Part shown: positions 11,030 to 21,244 of the stretch, piece after piece
Numbering within the stretch: the stretch's first letter is position 1
Layout: each line of letters opens with the position of its first letter
Assembly: GCA_965217865.1 (NCBI GenBank)
Contig: CBDCJO010000001.1
Span: forward strand, 592,011-656,010
Origin: Candidatus Latescibacterota bacterium
Lineage (GTDB): Bacteria; Latescibacterota; UBA2968; SICM01
Direction of reading: 5' to 3'
DNA length: 64,000 bases
Program-made: the position numbers and the translations under genes
Notes under the pieces: model-generated
The model's input: only the letters and a program-made list of their open reading frames with translations
What the model was told of the DNA's origin: nothing
The model's database searches: none

Positions 11030-11730
11030 GTCCCGCAGGTTGCGTGGTACCGCGGTCCGTTCATGCCGCTGTTTCAGACCGACTTCCGCAACGGCGTCGC
11101 AGCGCTCAACCGCTTGCTCAACCATGCCGCGCGCATCCGTGTGCGCACCCTGGCACGTCTCGGTCCGATGCACTTACCTCTCGAAGACGACGCTGTTGGT
11201 TCATACCAGGCCGAACTTGAGATTTCTGGCGCGCGCCAAATCTACGTCGGCGATGACCACGTGTGGCTTTGGTACCGCGGAACAGGAGTCGGGCCATACC
11301 CATGCTTCAGTGCACTACAGGCGCTGGAGCGAGTGTGCGACCAACTGATCAAGAGCGACCTACCGTGGTTTCGATACTACTCAATGGCTGCGAGAGCCTC
11401 GCGATGGTCGGCCTCGTCGTCGGACTCCTCGTCCGGCATCTTGAGAGCGCAGGCCATCTACTGGACCCCTACCTAACTGAACCGGTGATCTGGCACCAAG
11501 AGTTCGGGCGAGTCGTAAAAGAAAGCGGCGGATTCGCGGCGGGCTCCGAAGAACTCGTGGCGCCAGAGCGCCGAAACTGGTCTCTACGCGAGGCAGCTAG
11601 GTTCATGGCCGTACGAGCCAATGCCGAACGCGCCGTGGAGCTACGCGCGCTCGGTGAGAACCTCGTTGCAAACGCGCGTCGCCACATCGAGTCGACACGC
11701 GACGACGAACCACAGGAAGCGGAGGCGACA
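11030..11730 (+). pseudogene. Internal fragment of a large uncharacterised protein (resembles C-terminal regions of large defence NTPases)
   Basis: Frameshifted reading YVGDDHVWLWYRGTGVGPYPCFSALQALE / LAMVGLVVGLLVRH. Confidence 0.4.
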
Positions 11731-12341
11731 CTGCGGTCGAGCATGCGTGCGATCAAAGTCCGGGTTTTCCCGGTGCCGGGGCCCGCCTCTATCAGATGCG
11801 GACCAGACTCCGCTTCGGCTGCGACCCTTTGCGACGCATCCGGCGCAGGCACCTCGAGAGACGGCGTGGTGTAGACTTGCAATTCGGGTACGAGAAGCGC
11901 CCGCGCAAGTTGCTGGTGCACCAATCCGATCTGAACACCAAGACGCTTCGCGATATCCGCCGCAGAGATTCCTTCTTCGGAAAACAATCGCCGTGCTTCA
12001 CTGCTTGGCAGAAGGAACTCTCGCGCAAAGACATTGGCCTGGCATTCCCTGCGTTCGCGCGGCCCATAACCCTCTACTCGTTGAATGCCCAGCGGGATCC
12101 GTTCCTCGGGCATCGTAACGTCGATGTCGGATACGCTACAGGCGCCCGTTGTGCTGTCCAGAAAGTGATGACCGAACTCGTGCGCCTGGTAGAAGGCCGC
12201 TTCTTCCGCGCTGACGCCTTTCTTGTAGAAAATCCCAGACACCAATGAGTCGAGGACAGCTTCGGCTTCGCTCAAGACCGGATCGTCATCTGGAACGGGT
12301 TGACGCACGATGCCTGTTATTGCGGTCGCCCCGTCAAGCAA
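11730..12341 (-). pseudogene. ImmA/IrrE-like metallopeptidase fused to a UvrD helicase N-terminus, truncated
   Basis: AHEFGH and ECQANVFAREFLLP, then Q motif and Walker A EAGPGTGKT; homology ends at RTLIARM. Confidence 0.75.
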
Positions 12342-12405
12342 CTCACGTGATCGGATTTGGAGATACTGTCAAGTTAAGTGTAATTGGGTGATAATCCCCG
12401 GATGA

Positions 12406-12505
12406 CTAGTACTTAGCTGCGCAAGTTTATGCGTGCAAATCCGCCCTTAACATCCTGTTTTTGCAAGGAAATCAGATTACGAGAATTTCCGCAGGTTGGT
12501 ACTAG
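12406..12505. mobile_element. 100-bp MITE bounded by CTAG
   Basis: Left end CTAGTACTTAGCTGCGCAAGTT versus reverse complement of right end CTAGTACCAACCTGCGGAAATT. Confidence 0.65.
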
Positions 12506-14343
12506 TCCCTATACAAGCGTGAATTTTTCTTGGTTTTAGTAGAAAAAAGTTGAAAATGCCCCAGTTTTCAGGCCTATAGTTGTAGTGTGAAAGACAAAAA
12601 GAGGCCATCAAAAGGGGCATTTCAGATGAGAGAATATAGGAAGATTCTTCGGAACAGGGAAGCACGAATTGTCCGTCGTTTGCGTCGGAAGCAGTGGTGC
12701 AGTCAGGTCAAGCCTATGATGTCTGGGGGAAACATCCACTACGAGATAAGTGGGAAGGCCGAGGCGATCACGTGTGGGGGGATCGGCGCGTTTCACCACA
12801 TGGTCCGCAGGGTTGGGCTGGTGAAAGAGATTGACCGTCATCTTCATCTTTTGAAAGTGCATTTGCCCTGTCACGAATCAGACCACGTTCTGAACATCGC
12901 CTACAATGCGCTGGTTGGTGGTCAACGCCTTGAAGACATTGAGCTGCGCCGGCAGGATGCCACGTTCCTGAACGCTTTGGGCGCTCAGCGTCTCCCGGAT
13001 CCGGCCACAGCAGGCGACTTTACACGTCGTTTCCGGCCATCGGATATCGAGACGTTGATGGATTGCATCAACCGGGTGCGCACCCGGATCTGGAAAAAGC
13101 GCGCCAGGGGCGAACTCAAAGAAGCCCTCATCGACATCGACGGCACCCTGGCCACCACCCTCGGAGAACGCAAGCAGGGCATGGCCCTGTCATACAACGG
13201 TATCTGGGGATACCATCCTCTCGTGGTCTCTCTGGCGAACACCAGGGAGGTGTTGTTTCTTGTGAATCGACCCGGCAATGTGCCCAGCCACGACGGTGCC
13301 GTAAAGTGGATCGATCGCGCCATCGCGCTGGTCGCCCCTTTCGCCAAACGCATCTGCCTGCGCGGAGACACCGGCTTCTCACTCACCCGGCACTTCGATC
13401 GTTGGTCGGAAAAGGTCGACTTCGTCTTCGGCATGGATGCTTACCGGGGATTGGTCAAGATCGCCAAATCCCTGTCACAGAGCGATTGGGAGCCCTTTGA
13501 ACGACAACCCAAATACCAGGTCAAAACCTCCCAGAGACAGAAACGCGAGAACGTGAAAGCCCGGATCATCCGGGAGCGCGGCTTCAAAAACATCCGACTT
13601 GCCAGTGAACGTGTTGCCGGGGTTTCGTATCGTCCTGCTCGATGCAGGAAGACCTGTCGACTCGTGATCCTCGAAAAGAACCTGAGCGTCGAACGCGGCG
13701 AAAACGCCCTGTTCGATGACAAGCGCTGTTTCTTCTACATTACCACCCGAAAAGATCTTACGGCCGCGGAAATCGTGAGGCTGGCCAATCGACGGTGCGA
13801 TCAGGAAAACGTGATTGAACAACTCAAGAACGGGGTCAACGCCATGCGGATGCCCGTCGACAACCTGATGAGCAACTGGGCTTACATGGTCATGACCGCC
13901 CTGGCGTGGAACCTCAAAGCCTGGTTCGCGTTGATGATCCGAAAGCGTGAGCGTCGCGATCAACTTCTGAGAATGGAGTTTCGCGCCTTCCTCCAGAATC
14001 TGATCTGGATCCCTTGCCAGATCGTGACCCGGGGAAGACAGATCATCTATCGTGTCTTGGGCTACAACCGGTGGATGACTGACTTCTTCCCGGCCTGGAA
14101 CAGAATCAGATGGCTCAAACCGGCCTGACTGCCATGTCAGCACCTGTCGTCGTAACATCACAGGGACAAGTCCGTCCACCCCGGCTAAAACACGTCCGCA
14201 AACTCAGTTAATTAGACAATCGCATGCCGAAACAATCACAAAAACAGCCCAGACATCATCTCCACCAAGTCACAAGTCTGAAATGCTCCGAAATCTTGTA
14301 TAACACACCGCTCAACAAGCCTATTCGCTTATTTTAGGACTAG
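12502..14343 (+). mobile_element. IS1380-family insertion sequence, complete
   Basis: Imperfect IRs CTAGTCCCTATACAAGCG / CTAGTCCTAAAATAAGCG, flanked by ACTAGT on both sides, around an intact transposase. Confidence 0.85.
12587..14128 (+). CDS. IS1380-family DDE transposase
   Basis: LIDIDGT, GYHPL, LRGDTGF and R..QENVIEQLKNG motifs; 513 aa. Confidence 0.9.
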   Translation: MKDKKRPSKGAFQMREYRKILRNREARIVRRLRRKQWCSQVKPMMSGGNIHYEISGKAEAITCGGIGAFHHMVRRVGLVKEIDRHLHLLKVHLPCHESDHVLNIAYNALVGGQRLEDIELRRQDATFLNALGAQRLPDPATAGDFTRRFRPSDIETLMDCINRVRTRIWKKRARGELKEALIDIDGTLATTLGERKQGMALSYNGIWGYHPLVVSLANTREVLFLVNRPGNVPSHDGAVKWIDRAIALVAPFAKRICLRGDTGFSLTRHFDRWSEKVDFVFGMDAYRGLVKIAKSLSQSDWEPFERQPKYQVKTSQRQKRENVKARIIRERGFKNIRLASERVAGVSYRPARCRKTCRLVILEKNLSVERGENALFDDKRCFFYITTRKDLTAAEIVRLANRRCDQENVIEQLKNGVNAMRMPVDNLMSNWAYMVMTALAWNLKAWFALMIRKRERRDQLLRMEFRAFLQNLIWIPCQIVTRGRQIIYRVLGYNRWMTDFFPAWNRIRWLKPA

Positions 14344-14646
14344 TGCAATTTTTCCCCTTGTATGAAAAAGGTTGTCCCGGTCGCCTTTTCGATTCCCGAG
14401 TCACGATCCACGGATTTTTGAGGCCGCGGGCCCTCCCAAAACGGGTCGATTCCGGACTGAGTCGAAGGTCATCGTTTCGCCCAAAAGCAATGGTTCAGAA
14501 CCTGATAATGACCTTTGACAATCCAATGTGTCAAGAATACACGCCTTCAAAAATTAAACATTGCATAAGTTGAGTATTAATATTACATTGAAATCTCCAC
14601 AAGATTCGACCTTAAACTTAAATACCTATTATTAAAGGAGTTGTCG

Positions 14647-15375
14647 ATGTCCAACGACCTGATTGGCCTAAAAAAACGAATCCACGCAGGCGAGAAGATC
14701 TACGGCGTGGGCATGCCCGCGAACATCAAACGGGACCGGTTCGATGCCATCCTGGATAAGGGTCCCTACGACTTTGTCAACGTCGACAGCCAGCATTCGC
14801 CTTTCAACGAGGAACGACTGGTCGAGTTCTGTGCTATGGCGGAAGAGCGCGACGTCTTCGTCCAGTTTCGGATCAAACATACCCGGCACGCGTACCTGAT
14901 CGGCAACAACCTGGACCTGGGACCTTGCGGAATCGAAGTCCCCCAGACCGAGCTCGAATCGACCGCCGAGGAGGCGGTCCAGGCCTTCTATTATCCGCCC
15001 GAAGGCGGTAGAAGCCTCGGGGGAGCGGCGCGTCGGGGAGCGAAAGAACGTCAAGACTGGTTCGAGTATATCGAGTGGTGGAACCGGTTTGGCGTGCTCT
15101 GGTTGCAAATCGAATCGATCGAATCCGCGACCCACGTGCGACAGCTCGCGAAGCAGGGAGTGGACTGCTTCTCATTCGGACCGGCCGACCTGTCCATAAA
15201 CATGAGATCCCATCCCCAGCATCCATTTAAGAGCCTGGACGACTGCGTCAGTTACGTGGTCAGGGCCCTGGAGGGAACGACCGTGGCCGTCTGCTTCAGA
15301 AACTATAACCCGGACCTACGCGAGAAGTACGCCGACATGGGCGTAAGGGTTTTTCTTGAACTTCCTCAAGTCTGA
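14647..15375 (+). CDS. HpcH/HpaI aldolase family protein
   Basis: YDFVNVDSQHS, YYPPEGGRS, LQIES and FGPADLS motifs; RBS AAGGAG. Confidence 0.85.
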   Translation: MSNDLIGLKKRIHAGEKIYGVGMPANIKRDRFDAILDKGPYDFVNVDSQHSPFNEERLVEFCAMAEERDVFVQFRIKHTRHAYLIGNNLDLGPCGIEVPQTELESTAEEAVQAFYYPPEGGRSLGGAARRGAKERQDWFEYIEWWNRFGVLWLQIESIESATHVRQLAKQGVDCFSFGPADLSINMRSHPQHPFKSLDDCVSYVVRALEGTTVAVCFRNYNPDLREKYADMGVRVFLELPQV

Positions 15376-15404
15376 AAGGAAAGGATGGGGTGTGTAAGAG
15401 TTGC

Positions 15405-16302
15405 GACCCAGGGCGATGCCCTGGGTTAAGGGACAACGCTCCGTTGCGCTGAAAGAAGGCCATGACTTTAGTCTCGGCTTTTCGATATGGAGATCTTCCT
15501 GGTTTTTTTGTGAAACCGAAGTTCTGTGAGACGATGCATCAGCGGGCCAACGGTCCGCGATCCGGATCAATACCACACATACCGTAGATGAATCAGGATG
15601 GTGGACAGGGATTGGGGGATGTGAAATTATCGCGGCCCTTCAGGCCGCATGACGCTATTTCTTCGCAGGACCCAGGGCGATGCCCTGGGTTGAGGAATAA
15701 CGCGCTGTTGGCGCTGAAAGAAGGCCCTGACATTAATCTCAGCTTTTCGATATGGAGATTTTCCTGGTTTTTTTGTGAAACCGAAGTTCTGTGAGACGAC
15801 GCATCAGCGGGCCAACGGTCCGCGATCCGGATCAATACCACACATACCGTTCATCGTAGGCCACTCGATACTGTCCCAAGAATGAATCAGGATGCGGGAC
15901 AGGGATTAGGCGATGTGAAATTATCGCGGCCCTTCAGGCCGCATGACGCTATTTCTTCGCAGGACCCAGGGCGATGCCCTGGGTTGAGGAATAACGCGCC
16001 GTTGGCGCTGAAAGAAGATCCTGACTTTAATCTCGACTTTTCGATATGGAGATCTTCCTGGTTTTTGTGAAACCGAAGTTCTGTGATGCGACGCATCAGC
16101 GGGCCAACGGTCCGCGATCCGGATCAATACCACACATACCGTAGATGAACCAGGATGTGAGACAGAGATTGGGGGATGTGAAATTATCGCGGCCCTTCAG
16201 GCCGCACGACGCTATTTCTTCGCAGGACCCAGGGCGATGCCCTGGGTTAAGGGACAACGCGCCGTTGGCGCTGAAACAAGACCCTGACTTTAGTCTCGGC
16301 TT
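15405..16302. repeat. Tandem array of about 3.4 units (periods about 264/294/263 bp) of REP hairpins plus a Y1-transposase relic
   Basis: ACCCAGGGCGATGCCCTGGGT recurs at about 15406, 15670, 15964 and 16227 with conserved intervening sequence. Confidence 0.9.
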
Positions 16303-17871
16303 TTACTCTTTGAACTTCAGCATCCTCCCCGGCAATTCTTCTCCCAGGTTCTCCACGGCTTTGCCTTCCGACACGATCACAGTCCCGTTTACCGCGACAT
16401 ACGGAATCCCTTCGGGAAACTGATGGGGGTCCTTGTAAGTCGCCCGGTCCGTCACGGTATCGGGATCGAACACCACGAGGTCCGCGAAGGCCCCCTCCCG
16501 GATCACCCCCCTGTCCTTCAGCCCGAATCGCTCTGCGGGATATCCGCTCAACCGCCTCACAGCATCCTCCAACGATAACAACTTGCGGTCCCTCACGAGC
16601 GGTCCCAGCAGCCGCGGCGCCGAACCGTAGACACGCGGGTGGACGAGGCCGTCCTCGAAAAAAACACCGTCGGAACCCATCATGAACTTCGGGTGGACGA
16701 GCATGGGATCGACGATGCGGTCATCCCCGTGGTGAAAGACCAGTAGCACCCCCAGTCTTTCGTCGATCAACAGATCGCACAGGGCGTCCGTCCTGTTCTT
16801 ACCGGAACAATCCACGAACTCCTTCAGCGACATCCCCTGAATTCGGGCGTTCTGTTTGCTTCCCACCCAGGCGATAATTATCTGATCGTGAGGGGTGTGA
16901 TGATCCGAAAGAACCTCGGAAACACGGCTCCGAACTCCTGGATCGGCCAGCTTCTTGAACGCAGCCAGGGGACCCTCGGTCCAGACCTCGTAAGGCATGA
17001 GGTAGTTGAGCATCGTCGAACCCGGGAGATAGGGATAGACGTCGAACGAGAAGTCCACCTCCCGGCATGCCACCCGGTCCACATAAGAGAGGATCTCGTC
17101 GGCCTCCTCTAGGGACCTCCCCTTCAGATGCGAGATGTGAACGGGCATCCCCGCCCGGCGTCCGATCTCCACGGCCTCCTCGAGCGCTTTCATCAATCCC
17201 TTCTTGTATCGCATATGTGTGACATACAGTCCATTCCAGGGGGCCATCGCCTCACAGACTTCGACGATTTCATCCGTCGAAGCGAAACACTGCGCGATAT
17301 AATCTATCCCGGTCGAAACCCCCACCGCCCCCTCCTCCATTCCCTTTCTAACCTCCTGCCGCATAACGTTCAACTGCACGTCATCCGGTGGCCCCCCACC
17401 CCATCCGTAGGCCAGGGACCGTACATTTGCGTACGGGATATGTGCGATCACATTCTGTACGTTGTGCCTGTCCAGAAGCGTCAGGTATTCGGAGATACTC
17501 CGCCAGCCCGTATAGTCGCTGAGTTGAAGACCATCCAGCGCGAGGAGATAGAGAAACCAGTGCGGGGCTGTGGCCGGAGACACCGGCGCATACGAAATAC
17601 CGTCCACCATCAGGACCTCGGTCGTGAATCCCTGGGACGTCTTACAGAGAAGGTTGGGAATCTTGAGCAGCCAGCCGTCTGAATGGTTGTGGACATCCAC
17701 GAACCCCGGGGCAACCACCATTCCCCGGGCATCGATCGTGTTCTTCCCGTCGAGCGAATCGGAATCGCCCACCAGGACGATTCGTTCACCGCTAACTCCA
17801 ACATCTGCCCGACGCCTTGGGGCACCTGTCCCGTCGATCACCGTGCCGTTTTTGATAATCAGATCGTACAA
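16303..17871 (-). CDS. N-acyl-D-amino-acid deacylase (D-aminoacylase family)
   Basis: PGFVDVHNHSD, VHISHLK, MGSDG, HPRVYG and GAFADLVVFDP motifs. Confidence 0.9.
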   Translation of the reverse strand: MYDLIIKNGTVIDGTGAPRRRADVGVSGERIVLVGDSDSLDGKNTIDARGMVVAPGFVDVHNHSDGWLLKIPNLLCKTSQGFTTEVLMVDGISYAPVSPATAPHWFLYLLALDGLQLSDYTGWRSISEYLTLLDRHNVQNVIAHIPYANVRSLAYGWGGGPPDDVQLNVMRQEVRKGMEEGAVGVSTGIDYIAQCFASTDEIVEVCEAMAPWNGLYVTHMRYKKGLMKALEEAVEIGRRAGMPVHISHLKGRSLEEADEILSYVDRVACREVDFSFDVYPYLPGSTMLNYLMPYEVWTEGPLAAFKKLADPGVRSRVSEVLSDHHTPHDQIIIAWVGSKQNARIQGMSLKEFVDCSGKNRTDALCDLLIDERLGVLLVFHHGDDRIVDPMLVHPKFMMGSDGVFFEDGLVHPRVYGSAPRLLGPLVRDRKLLSLEDAVRRLSGYPAERFGLKDRGVIREGAFADLVVFDPDTVTDRATYKDPHQFPEGIPYVAVNGTVIVSEGKAVENLGEELPGRMLKFKE

Positions 17872-17928
17872 AAAATCCTCTCTTTGATGGATTTGGACTT
17901 ATGCGAGATACGCTTCACGGCCTTTAAT

Positions 17929-18915
17929 TCATTCGATCTTCAAAAACGTCCCCCCTTGCCGCGCGGACTCCTGCGCGATCAGGCAGGCCTTGGATACCGC
18001 CAGAACGTCCCCCGTCGATATGAAATTCTCCTCTTCTCTTGAAATCGCCTCGATCATATCCTGTACGAACAGGTCGTCCCGGGACACGGGCATCTTTGGC
18101 TCATAGGTTCCCCGGTCGTCCGTCACGATCAGGAGATGATCCCCTGCATACGCCCGGAGGTGTGCGGATCCCCTTGTCCCCATGACGATCACCCGGGAAT
18201 CTCCAAATGAACGGGAGTCCTGAGGGGTCAGCCAGTCCGCCGTCAGCAAGGCCATTGCGCCGTTGCTCAGTTCGAACGACGCCTGGATGTGGTCAACCAA
18301 CCGAGGCTCCAGGTGCTTCTTGCAGGTCTCCAGTGCGTGAACGCCAATATATTCCGCTCCCGTCAGCCATCTCACCTGGTCTACCCCGTGGCACGCCAGG
18401 TCGTGGAACGTCCCGGTGTAAGCCCCAGGGTCAAAGTACCAGTCCGGACGCCACGGACCCAGCTTGTGCGGATGGGTCGAGATCAAACTCACGATCTCGC
18501 CGAGCACACCCTCGAGGATCGCGTCGCGCAGCGCCAAAAAAGGCGGATAGCTTCTGGATGTAAACCACATGGAGATCCGGATGTCCTCAGTCGCCTTCCG
18601 GATGCGCTCCCAGTCCTCCAGATTCCGACAGAGGGGCTTGTCGAGAAGCACATGAACCCCGGCCCTTCCGCACGCCGCCACCAGCGCAGCCTTCTCCCCG
18701 TGCGCGATACCCTCGAGGATCAGCTCCGGCCGGCCCTCCTCGAGCAGCTCATCTAGACTCTTATAGCGTGGGATCTTTCGATCCTTATTGTACTCATCGT
18801 ATAGCGAATCATCCGCCTCAACGATCCCCACAACCTCCCCATCCTCCGCTTTTAAAGCCGACTGGAACATCCCGCCGATATGCCCGTAATGCACGCCAAC
18901 GACACCTATTCTCAT
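17929..18915 (-). CDS. Gfo/Idh/MocA family oxidoreductase
   Basis: MRIGVVG, HVLLDKP and DLACHGVD motifs. Confidence 0.9.
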   Translation of the reverse strand: MRIGVVGVHYGHIGGMFQSALKAEDGEVVGIVEADDSLYDEYNKDRKIPRYKSLDELLEEGRPELILEGIAHGEKAALVAACGRAGVHVLLDKPLCRNLEDWERIRKATEDIRISMWFTSRSYPPFLALRDAILEGVLGEIVSLISTHPHKLGPWRPDWYFDPGAYTGTFHDLACHGVDQVRWLTGAEYIGVHALETCKKHLEPRLVDHIQASFELSNGAMALLTADWLTPQDSRSFGDSRVIVMGTRGSAHLRAYAGDHLLIVTDDRGTYEPKMPVSRDDLFVQDMIEAISREEENFISTGDVLAVSKACLIAQESARQGGTFLKIE

Positions 18916-19023
18916 TGCCCTTCCTCCTCAACCAGTTCATTGAATATTGAATATCGAGAAATTGAATATTAGGGACAACTCAGTTGCCTTTCTTGTACCC
19001 TTATGGATCACACGCTTCAATAT

Positions 19024-20205
19024 TCAATCTTCGATCTTCAATTTCACTTTCCCTCTCTTATCAATCGCAAAGACGCTGCGCATTTCTTCGAACTCAGGAA
19101 TGCTCGATTTTCCTTTCAGAGCCATTTCCGCAAGAACCCTTCCCGTCAACGGCCCGAACTTGAAACCGTGCCCCGAAAACCCCGCGCCGATCGAGATTCT
19201 TTGGTTCTCAGGATGCAGGTCGATGATGAAGTCCTCTGTCTCGGTATTCGTGTAAAGACATAATTCCGAATCCACGAACCGTTCGACCGGGGGAACGAAG
19301 GTGTCCTCCAGGAATCCTCTCAGACGGTCGATCTCTATGGTATCCACCTTATCCCCAACTTCGTCCGGATCGTCGTCACATTCCTTGATCACGTGTCTGG
19401 CGACCTTGATTCCCTCCCTTCCAAACTCCGGAAGGCCGTAATACATCGTATTCCTACCGTACCCCAGATCAGCCCATACGGGAAACCGTCCCAACCGATA
19501 ATCCTCCGGTTCCCCGGCCAGCTTAAAATACCCGACCGTTTGTCGAGCTACCCGGGTCCTCTGCTTCAGGAAAGGCACCAACCGGGAGGTCCATGCCCCA
19601 GCAGTGATCACAAGCCGTTCGGCGTCAAAAGATCCGCGATTCGTCTCCACACGAATGGGATCGCTTGCCGGATCCACGGAAAGGACCTGTGTCTCTTCGT
19701 GAACCTCTGTTCCGTATTGATGACACAGTCCCTGCAGGGCGGAGATCGTCTCACCCGCCGCGATCAGTCCCGAAGTACGATCGTGCAACACACCCTCAAC
19801 GTTCTCGAACCGGAACATGGGGAACCTACGACGGGCTTCGTCCACCTCGAGATATTCGACGGCCACATCCACCTGGGAAACCGCCCGGGCATATTCTTCA
19901 AAAGATCCGTTGGGCGGACCATAAAAGCATCCCGGAGAGGGATGGATCAGCGTCCGGTCCGCGTCCCGTTCCAGCCTCGGCCATTCCTCGCCCTGGACCA
20001 CCTTCAAAAGCCGGACATAGCCCGGATCTGGGTAGGCGCTCCTGGTGATCCGTGAGGTACCGTGCGAGCTGCCCCGGTCGTGTCCGATTCGAAACCGCTC
20101 GATGAGACCAATTCGCTTGCAGCCCAGCCGATGGAAGTGATAGACAGCCGACAGCCCGTTGATACCCCCCCCGATCACCAGCGCCTCGAAAACCGTTCCT
20201 CCCAT
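19024..20205 (-). CDS. solA: Monomeric sarcosine oxidase / N-methyl-L-tryptophan oxidase family
   Basis: IGGGINGLS, GSSHGTSRITR, CLYTNT and GFSGHGFKFGP motifs. Confidence 0.85.
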   Translation of the reverse strand: MGGTVFEALVIGGGINGLSAVYHFHRLGCKRIGLIERFRIGHDRGSSHGTSRITRSAYPDPGYVRLLKVVQGEEWPRLERDADRTLIHPSPGCFYGPPNGSFEEYARAVSQVDVAVEYLEVDEARRRFPMFRFENVEGVLHDRTSGLIAAGETISALQGLCHQYGTEVHEETQVLSVDPASDPIRVETNRGSFDAERLVITAGAWTSRLVPFLKQRTRVARQTVGYFKLAGEPEDYRLGRFPVWADLGYGRNTMYYGLPEFGREGIKVARHVIKECDDDPDEVGDKVDTIEIDRLRGFLEDTFVPPVERFVDSELCLYTNTETEDFIIDLHPENQRISIGAGFSGHGFKFGPLTGRVLAEMALKGKSSIPEFEEMRSVFAIDKRGKVKLKIED

Positions 20206-20362
20206 CCGCTCCTCCCTTCCAAGACGTCAAACGTGAAACGTCAAACAAAACCTCATCCGGCTACTGCTACTGCCTTTGCATTTTCGATCCCTAACTTCTG
20301 ACCCTGACCCTTGACTTTTGCATTCTCGACTTTTGCATCTTTCAATTTGCTATTCCTTCTTG

Positions 20363-20480
20363 ACACCCCTCCCCCGGCCCCTCCCCGAAACGGGGAGGGG
20401 TGGGCAATGTGGTTGGAATTTGTCTAAATTACAGGCATTAGCCCCCTTCCCGTTTCGGGAAGGGGGTTTGGGGGTTAGGT
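20363..20480. repeat. Intergenic palindromic REP/MITE doublet
   Basis: CCCCTCCCCGAAACGGGGAGGGG ... CCCCCTTCCCGTTTCGGGAAGGGGG. Confidence 0.75.
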
Positions 20481-20530
20481 GTGACAACCCATCGAATTTT
20501 TTCGTTCGTCAAAACTATCCTTTCACTCAC

Positions 20531-21244
20531 TCATGTCACCATCTCCTCCGTCAGATGGTCCACCCGATTCAGAAATCGCATCTCAATCTTTTCCGGCGTG
20601 AAGTCCACACGACTGATCGCAGTATTGTTCTGCGTGAATCGTATATAAGGGCCGCCGCGGGGCAAACCGAAAAGAACATCCATCAGACTGTTTCCGAATC
20701 CGCCGTGCGTGACCATGCCGATCCGCTCCTCAGAGTCCGCAAGCCCTTGAAGCTCATCCGCGACCCGTTGGGAACGAGCATACCAGGCGTCCTCCCCCTC
20801 ACAGTCGCCGTCCCACCATCCGTTCTCCCGAATCCCGTCCGGAAGGACGAAATTCGGGAACCGCTCCTCGATCTCCTTGCGTCCCATACCCGGCAGCCCG
20901 ACCGGGCCCCGTTCGTCCCCACGGTCCAGCCAAATCCCCCCGTGTTCGTGCACGTCGATCCAGACGTCGGGGGTGAGTCCCGTGGTGACCCGGATCGCCT
21001 CCGCCGTCTCGAACCCCCGAAGCATCGGACTCGCGTAGAGGCGTGTAAGCCGCAGCCCGCGCTCCCCGTCCCACGATCCGCACCGTGCCCAGTCCAGATC
21101 TTCCAACCGGCGGGCAACGAACTCAGCCTGTTGTCTGCCCAGGTCCGTCAGCGGAGGATCGCACACACGCTCTTTTCCATCTTCGACCGCATTGTTATAC
21201 GATTGGCCGTGACGGATGATGTAGAGTTCCAATGTTCTATCCAA
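20531..21244 (-). CDS. Histidine phosphatase family protein
   Basis: IIRHGQS, YASPMLRG.ETA and VTHGG motifs. Confidence 0.9.
   Translation of the reverse strand: MDRTLELYIIRHGQSYNNAVEDGKERVCDPPLTDLGRQQAEFVARRLEDLDWARCGSWDGERGLRLTRLYASPMLRGFETAEAIRVTTGLTPDVWIDVHEHGGIWLDRGDERGPVGLPGMGRKEIEERFPNFVLPDGIRENGWWDGDCEGEDAWYARSQRVADELQGLADSEERIGMVTHGGFGNSLMDVLFGLPRGGPYIRFTQNNTAISRVDFTPEKIEMRFLNRVDHLTEEMVT

Noticed and set aside
15405-16302. CRISPR array
   Set aside because: Units are about 260-290 bp and conserved throughout, with no unique spacers and no cas genes.
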